Below are positions 35,243 to 39,103 of a DNA stretch of 39,103 bases, one piece after another. The stretch is from Candidatus Eiseniibacteriota bacterium (GTDB lineage: Bacteria > Eisenbacteria > RBG-16-71-46), in the NCBI GenBank assembly GCA_038231135.1, contig JBBRLX010000037.1, positions 1-39,103 of the forward strand, written 5' to 3'. Made by a program: the position numbers and the translations under genes. The stretch's first letter is position 1, and every line of letters begins with the position of its first letter. Under the pieces are notes generated by a model. That model had not been told where the DNA came from. It did not search any database and saw only the letters and a list, made by a program, of their open reading frames with translations.

Positions 35243-36049
35243 ATGAATCGAGCACTGTGCCACCTGCCCTCCAGGCCCGCTCCGGATCTCGCGCGCGCCA
35301 CGCATCGCCGTGGCGCGGCCGGGCTGCTGCTCGTGGCACTTGCCCTGCTGATTCCGCTGGCGCTGCCGGCGCGGGCGGAGTTGCTCGACAAGGGGACGTT
35401 CAAGATCTACCTGCGCGGCCGTGCGCTCGGGCAGGAGAATTTCTTCTTCGATCAGTATTCCGACAGCATCGTCATTGAATCCGACATCCACCAGAAGATC
35501 ATCACGCCCACCGGCGACACGCCGCTCGAGAAGTCGGCGCTGCTGCACGTGAGCGCGTTCGATCTCGATCTGCGGCTCTACCATTCCAATCAGACACTCG
35601 AGGGCGGCAAGATCGTCCGGGACCTGGTCATGCGGGACACGGCGTTCACGTCGTACCGCGAGGAGAATGGCCACGGCGACGGCGACGTCCTGGTACGGCC
35701 GCCGGGACGCATCTACGTGCACGATCCCGACGTGTACATGCTGTTCGACGTGATCTCACGCAACCTGCACGGCCAGCGCTTCGACTCGCGGCCGATCACG
35801 CTGATGGTGCTCGGCCCGCGCGATACGACGCTCGAGGTCACCGCCACGCGCCTGCCATCGCAACCCATGCAGTGGGGCGCGCGCACGGTGCAGGCCGAGC
35901 GCCTGCGGCTCGACGACGGCACGAACCAGATCCAGATGTGGTCGGATTCCCGCGGCCGCCTGCTGAAACTAGAAGAGACCGCGTCGGGGTTGCGCGTGGT
36001 GCGGACGCCGCCGGGGACGCTGCCCGCGAAGCGCCGAGCGAAGAAATAA
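35243..36049 (+). CDS. Hypothetical secreted beta-rich protein
   Basis: Hydrophobic signal ending ARA, beta-strand pattern with QIQMWSDSRGRLLKL, host-like codon usage. Confidence 0.7.
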   Translation: MNRALCHLPSRPAPDLARATHRRGAAGLLLVALALLIPLALPARAELLDKGTFKIYLRGRALGQENFFFDQYSDSIVIESDIHQKIITPTGDTPLEKSALLHVSAFDLDLRLYHSNQTLEGGKIVRDLVMRDTAFTSYREENGHGDGDVLVRPPGRIYVHDPDVYMLFDVISRNLHGQRFDSRPITLMVLGPRDTTLEVTATRLPSQPMQWGARTVQAERLRLDDGTNQIQMWSDSRGRLLKLEETASGLRVVRTPPGTLPAKRRAKK

Positions 36050-37597
36050 TCAGCGGCCCGAGCGCCGCACCAGCCACTCCAGCAGCAATCGCACCCCGAA
36101 TCCCGTCGGCCCGCGCGGCTCGTGCGGCCGGTCGGTGAACGCCCACGCGGTGCTCGCCATGTCGATATGCGCCCAGCGCGTGTCGCCGGCGAACCGGGCG
36201 AGGAAGCTGGCGGCGATCGATGCCCCACCGTCACCGCCCGCGGAGTTCACCACGTCGGCCACGTCGCTCTTGAGGCTGTCGGCGTAGTCGTCCCACAGCG
36301 GCATGCGCCACAGCCGGTCGCCGGTCGCGGCCGACGCGGCGGCGAGTTCGGCGGCCAGAGGATCGTCGGTCGTGAACAGGCCCGCGGCCAGGGTGCCCAG
36401 CGCGACGCGGATCGAACCGGTGAGCGTCGCGAGATCCACGATCACCTCGGGCTGGTAGCGTTGCGCGTAGCACAGCGCGTCCGCCAGCAGCAGCCGGCCC
36501 TCGGCGTCGGTGTTCGTCACTTCGATCGTGGTGCCGTCCATGGCACGCAGCACGTCGCCGGGCTTGAACGCTCGGTCGGACGGCATGTTCTCGGCCGACG
36601 GCACGAGCCCCACCACGCGGAATGGCAACTCGAGCGCGGGCAGTGCCGCGAACACGCCGAGCACGGCGGCAGCGCCCGACATATCGTACTTCATGCGACC
36701 CATGCCCTCGCGCGGTTTGAGGCTGATGCCGCCGGTGTCGAACGTCACGCCCTTCCCGATCAGCACCACGGTGGGCACGGCTCCGCGCTTGCCGGCGCTA
36801 TTGGCGGCGCCTTTGGCGGTGCGGCCGCCCGGGCGCCGGCGTCCCCCCGCGGTGGGATCGCGCTCGAGCACGATGAAGCACGGCGGCTCAACGGAGCCGC
36901 GGCCCACCCCGAGCACAGCACCCATGCCGAGGCGTTCCATGTCGCGCACGCCGAGCACCCGCACGCGCGCGCCGCTCGCCCGCCCGATACGCGTGGCAGT
37001 GGCGGCCAGTTCGCGCGGCGGCAGGTCCTGCCCCGGCGTGTTCGCGAGATCGCGGGCCAGGCACACGGCGCGGCCGACGACGAGCCCCAGCGCGATCGCG
37101 GCGCGCACCGCGGGCGCCAGGTCGCGGCTCGGCGGCACGATCTCGATGCGCGGCTCGGCCGTCTTCCGGGCCGCGCGATAGCGATCGAATCGATGCGAGC
37201 CCATCACCGCGCCCTCCGCGAACGCCTGCGCCGCGATCGCGGGATTCAGCACCCGCGCATCGGGTAACTCGACGACGACACGCCTGGCCCCGAGGTCGGT
37301 GGCGCGGCGCGCAAGCGTGGCCGCGACCTGCCGAACGCGTTGCGATGTGAGCGAATCGCGCGGACCGATTCCCACGAGCAGCACTCGGCGAACGCGCCCC
37401 GCCGCGGGGTGGAGGATCGCGGTTTCGAGGGCGCGTCCGGCGAAATCCCCGGAGGCGAGGAGTGCGCGCACGAGCGGCGGGACCGCCACATCGAGCGGCG
37501 CCGCCGTTCGGGCCACCGGTGGTTCGTCCTGCAGCACCAGCAGCGCCCGGGTATCGGCGACCGCAGTCGAGCCCGGGTTGCTGAGCGTCACGTCCAT
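36050..37597 (-). CDS. pepA: Leucyl aminopeptidase (M17)
   Basis: GKGVTFDTGG, MKYDM, NTDAEGRL, ATLTG and WAHID motifs. GGAGGG RBS. Confidence 0.95.
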   Translation of the reverse strand: MDVTLSNPGSTAVADTRALLVLQDEPPVARTAAPLDVAVPPLVRALLASGDFAGRALETAILHPAAGRVRRVLLVGIGPRDSLTSQRVRQVAATLARRATDLGARRVVVELPDARVLNPAIAAQAFAEGAVMGSHRFDRYRAARKTAEPRIEIVPPSRDLAPAVRAAIALGLVVGRAVCLARDLANTPGQDLPPRELAATATRIGRASGARVRVLGVRDMERLGMGAVLGVGRGSVEPPCFIVLERDPTAGGRRRPGGRTAKGAANSAGKRGAVPTVVLIGKGVTFDTGGISLKPREGMGRMKYDMSGAAAVLGVFAALPALELPFRVVGLVPSAENMPSDRAFKPGDVLRAMDGTTIEVTNTDAEGRLLLADALCYAQRYQPEVIVDLATLTGSIRVALGTLAAGLFTTDDPLAAELAAASAATGDRLWRMPLWDDYADSLKSDVADVVNSAGGDGGASIAASFLARFAGDTRWAHIDMASTAWAFTDRPHEPRGPTGFGVRLLLEWLVRRSGR

Positions 37598-37873
37598 GGA
37601 TCCCTCCAAAACTCAACGTTCGCAAGCAGATGCCCGGGGAGTCGCTGGCAGACTCGACACAGAGGCTGGGCGCCTCGGGCTCAGGTTTCGAGTGGTTCGC
37701 GTTCAACGTAACCGAACTATCGCAGCGTCAGAAGGGCACCCTGCGGACCACTGTGGCAGTTGTGACGCGGAATGTTTTGCACTTACCACACGCCGAGGGT
37801 CCGTATTATTGGGCAAACGGCCTTGCCCCATGGGCCCCATGCAGGGCATTCTGCTGGTCTGGCTCTTGCGACG

Positions 37874-37890
37874 GTTGACACGACGTCAAC
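37874..37890. promoter_or_regulatory. Palindromic operator candidate GTTGAC-N5-GTCAAC overlapping a TTGACA
   Basis: Perfect 6-bp inverted repeat in the divergent pepA / lipoprotein intergenic region. Confidence 0.3.
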
Positions 37891-38034
37891 TCTCCGGCCC
37901 ATCGATGCGACACGCCTGTCGGCGTGCCCGCTGAGGTCCGGACAGTCAGGGCAGGGACACGCCGTCCGAATCGCAAGCCTCGCGCACTGCGGGGCAATCA
38001 TGACCGGCGCCCGCCGGCGAAACGAGGAGGTTCC

Positions 38035-38856
38035 ATGCGTCGTAATCTGATCCTGACCGGCATCGTGCTCGCACTTGCGGCCACACTGACCGGATGCGCC
38101 AAGAAGACCGAGACCGCCACGACCGAAACCAGCAGCGACAGCCTGCTGTCCTCGAATCCCGTGGAGCAGCCGCAGGGCAACCTGACGCCGTCGCAGACCT
38201 ACCAGGGCAATCAGAACCCGGTGAATCCGCCGGCGCCCGCACCCAGCTCGACTGCGCCGCGGCATACGCGCACCTCGACGCCGTCGCGTCCCCGGCACTC
38301 GTCGGACAACAACACCAATCCGTCGTCGACGCCGGAGCCCGAGGCGCGTGGCGTGACGCTGTCGGCCGGAACGCCGGTGCAGGTCGCGGTGAGCACGGCC
38401 ATCACCACGAAGACCGCCCAGACGGGTGACACGTGGTCGGGTGAGGTGAAGGAAAACGTCATCGTCGGCAACACGGTCGTCATTCCCGCCGGCAGCACGG
38501 TTTCGGGCGTGGTCAACGCAGCGCAGGCAGCGAAGAGTGGCAGCCTGGCGTCGCTGGATATCGCGGTGACCTCGATCTCCATCAACGGCACGAGCCACGC
38601 GATCTCCGCGGCCACCGAGCCGATCGTCGCGGGCTCGACGCGGGCGCGCAATCTGGGCGCCATGGCGGGCGGTGCGGCGGCGGGTGCCTTGATCGGGCGC
38701 GCGGTCGGCGGCGGCAAGGGCACGCTCATCGGCGGCCTGATCGGCGCCGTGGGCGCCGGAGCCGGCGTGGCAGCCTCCAAGGGCTACCAGGTGACGGTCA
38801 AGGAAGGCACGGTCATCACGTTCACGGTCAGCGCACCGGTAACCGTGAAGTCCTGA
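38035..38856 (+). CDS. Lipoprotein with Pro/Ser/Thr linker, TrbI-like beta domain and glycine zipper
   Basis: Lipobox LTGC, GAGGAGG RBS, VIPAGSTVSG and GGAAAGALIG..GGLIGAVGAG motifs. Confidence 0.85.
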   Translation: MRRNLILTGIVLALAATLTGCAKKTETATTETSSDSLLSSNPVEQPQGNLTPSQTYQGNQNPVNPPAPAPSSTAPRHTRTSTPSRPRHSSDNNTNPSSTPEPEARGVTLSAGTPVQVAVSTAITTKTAQTGDTWSGEVKENVIVGNTVVIPAGSTVSGVVNAAQAAKSGSLASLDIAVTSISINGTSHAISAATEPIVAGSTRARNLGAMAGGAAAGALIGRAVGGGKGTLIGGLIGAVGAGAGVAASKGYQVTVKEGTVITFTVSAPVTVKS

Positions 38857-38875
38857 CGTAGACTCACAGACAGTA

Positions 38876-38914
38876 ACGGGCGCCCGGCGAATCGGCGGGC
38901 GCCCGTCGTGTTTT
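38876..38914 (+). terminator. Probable rho-independent terminator
   Basis: 11-bp stem ACGGGCGCCCG / CGGGCGCCCGT followed by CGTGTTTT, 20 nt after the stop codon. Confidence 0.65.
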
Positions 38915-38939
38915 CAGGTTCGGGGTGCCCGCCCCGACA

Positions 38940-39103
38940 CTAGAAGCTGTCTCATAAATGGATGACTTGAGGTAAACTGCTCTTTGGCAGCGTCATGGAA
39001 GGCGCTGAGGAGGAGCCATGGACCTCACGGATGAACAGTGGAACATTCTCGAGCCGCTGATTCCAAAGCCGCGACGGCGTGCTGATGGACGAGGCCGACC
39101 GTG
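38940..39103 (+). mobile_element. Left end of an IS5-family (IS427-group-like) element; transposase starts at 39018 and runs off the window
   Basis: CTAG followed by AAGCTGTCTCATAAA, GAGGAGGAG RBS, and translation MDLTDEQWNILEPLIPKPRRRADGRGRP. Confidence 0.88.

Noticed and set aside
6713..37934. Many long overlapping ORFs in the track (e.g. 6745-8184 +, 18211-19761 -, 25782-27134 -, 33847-35403 -) and long N-extensions (8037, 10226, 21135, 24960)
   Set aside because: Antisense or alternate-frame shadows of GC3-rich genes. They are Arg/Ala/Pro-rich with no motifs; real starts were chosen from RBS and overlap evidence.
37598..38034. c-di-GMP-I riboswitch suggested by GGGCAAAC
   Set aside because: The downstream GNRA loop and second-stem elements are absent.

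Overview
High-GC bacterial chromosomal window with three zones. (1) Bases 1-~6780 are an AT-richer accessory 'IS graveyard'. An OLD-family ATPase-TOPRIM nuclease gene on the minus strand is broken into pieces. Its halves are separated by a frameshifted ISL3 element (702-2096), remnants of ISNCY/IS1202-, IS3- and IS5-family elements, and a two-gene cargo unit (a basic/acidic protein with a (G[T/S]DG)14 tail and a Gly-rich GVxG-repeat protein). (2) Bases ~6800-38900 are mostly core genes: two tandem amidohydrolases, pabB-pabC, an alpha/beta hydrolase, a membrane GGDEF protein, a GNAT coupled to a BoxB/PaaA-like di-iron protein, glgP, a GGCT-like protein, a BshB1-like deacetylase, DUF885, a PBP7-like peptidase, TauE/SafE, an atypical Lon, a DUF6544-like protein, a DUF2007-like protein, an aminotransferase, a GAF protein, NUDIX, a PDZ-only protein, rlmD, pepA and a lipoprotein. 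A compositionally foreign, translationally coupled three-gene cassette headed by a TIGR04255-like gene sits at 16629-18324. (3) An IS5-family element starts at the right edge. The most interesting items are the three-gene cassette (candidate toxin-antitoxin-chaperone or defence module), a Lon lacking its N-domain with a degenerate Walker B and pore loop behind an IHF/sigma54 promoter, the orphan GNAT + di-iron pair, the shattered OLD nuclease and two structured intergenic elements. No rRNA, tRNA or CRISPR array was seen. All family calls come from motif recognition by eye, not database searches.
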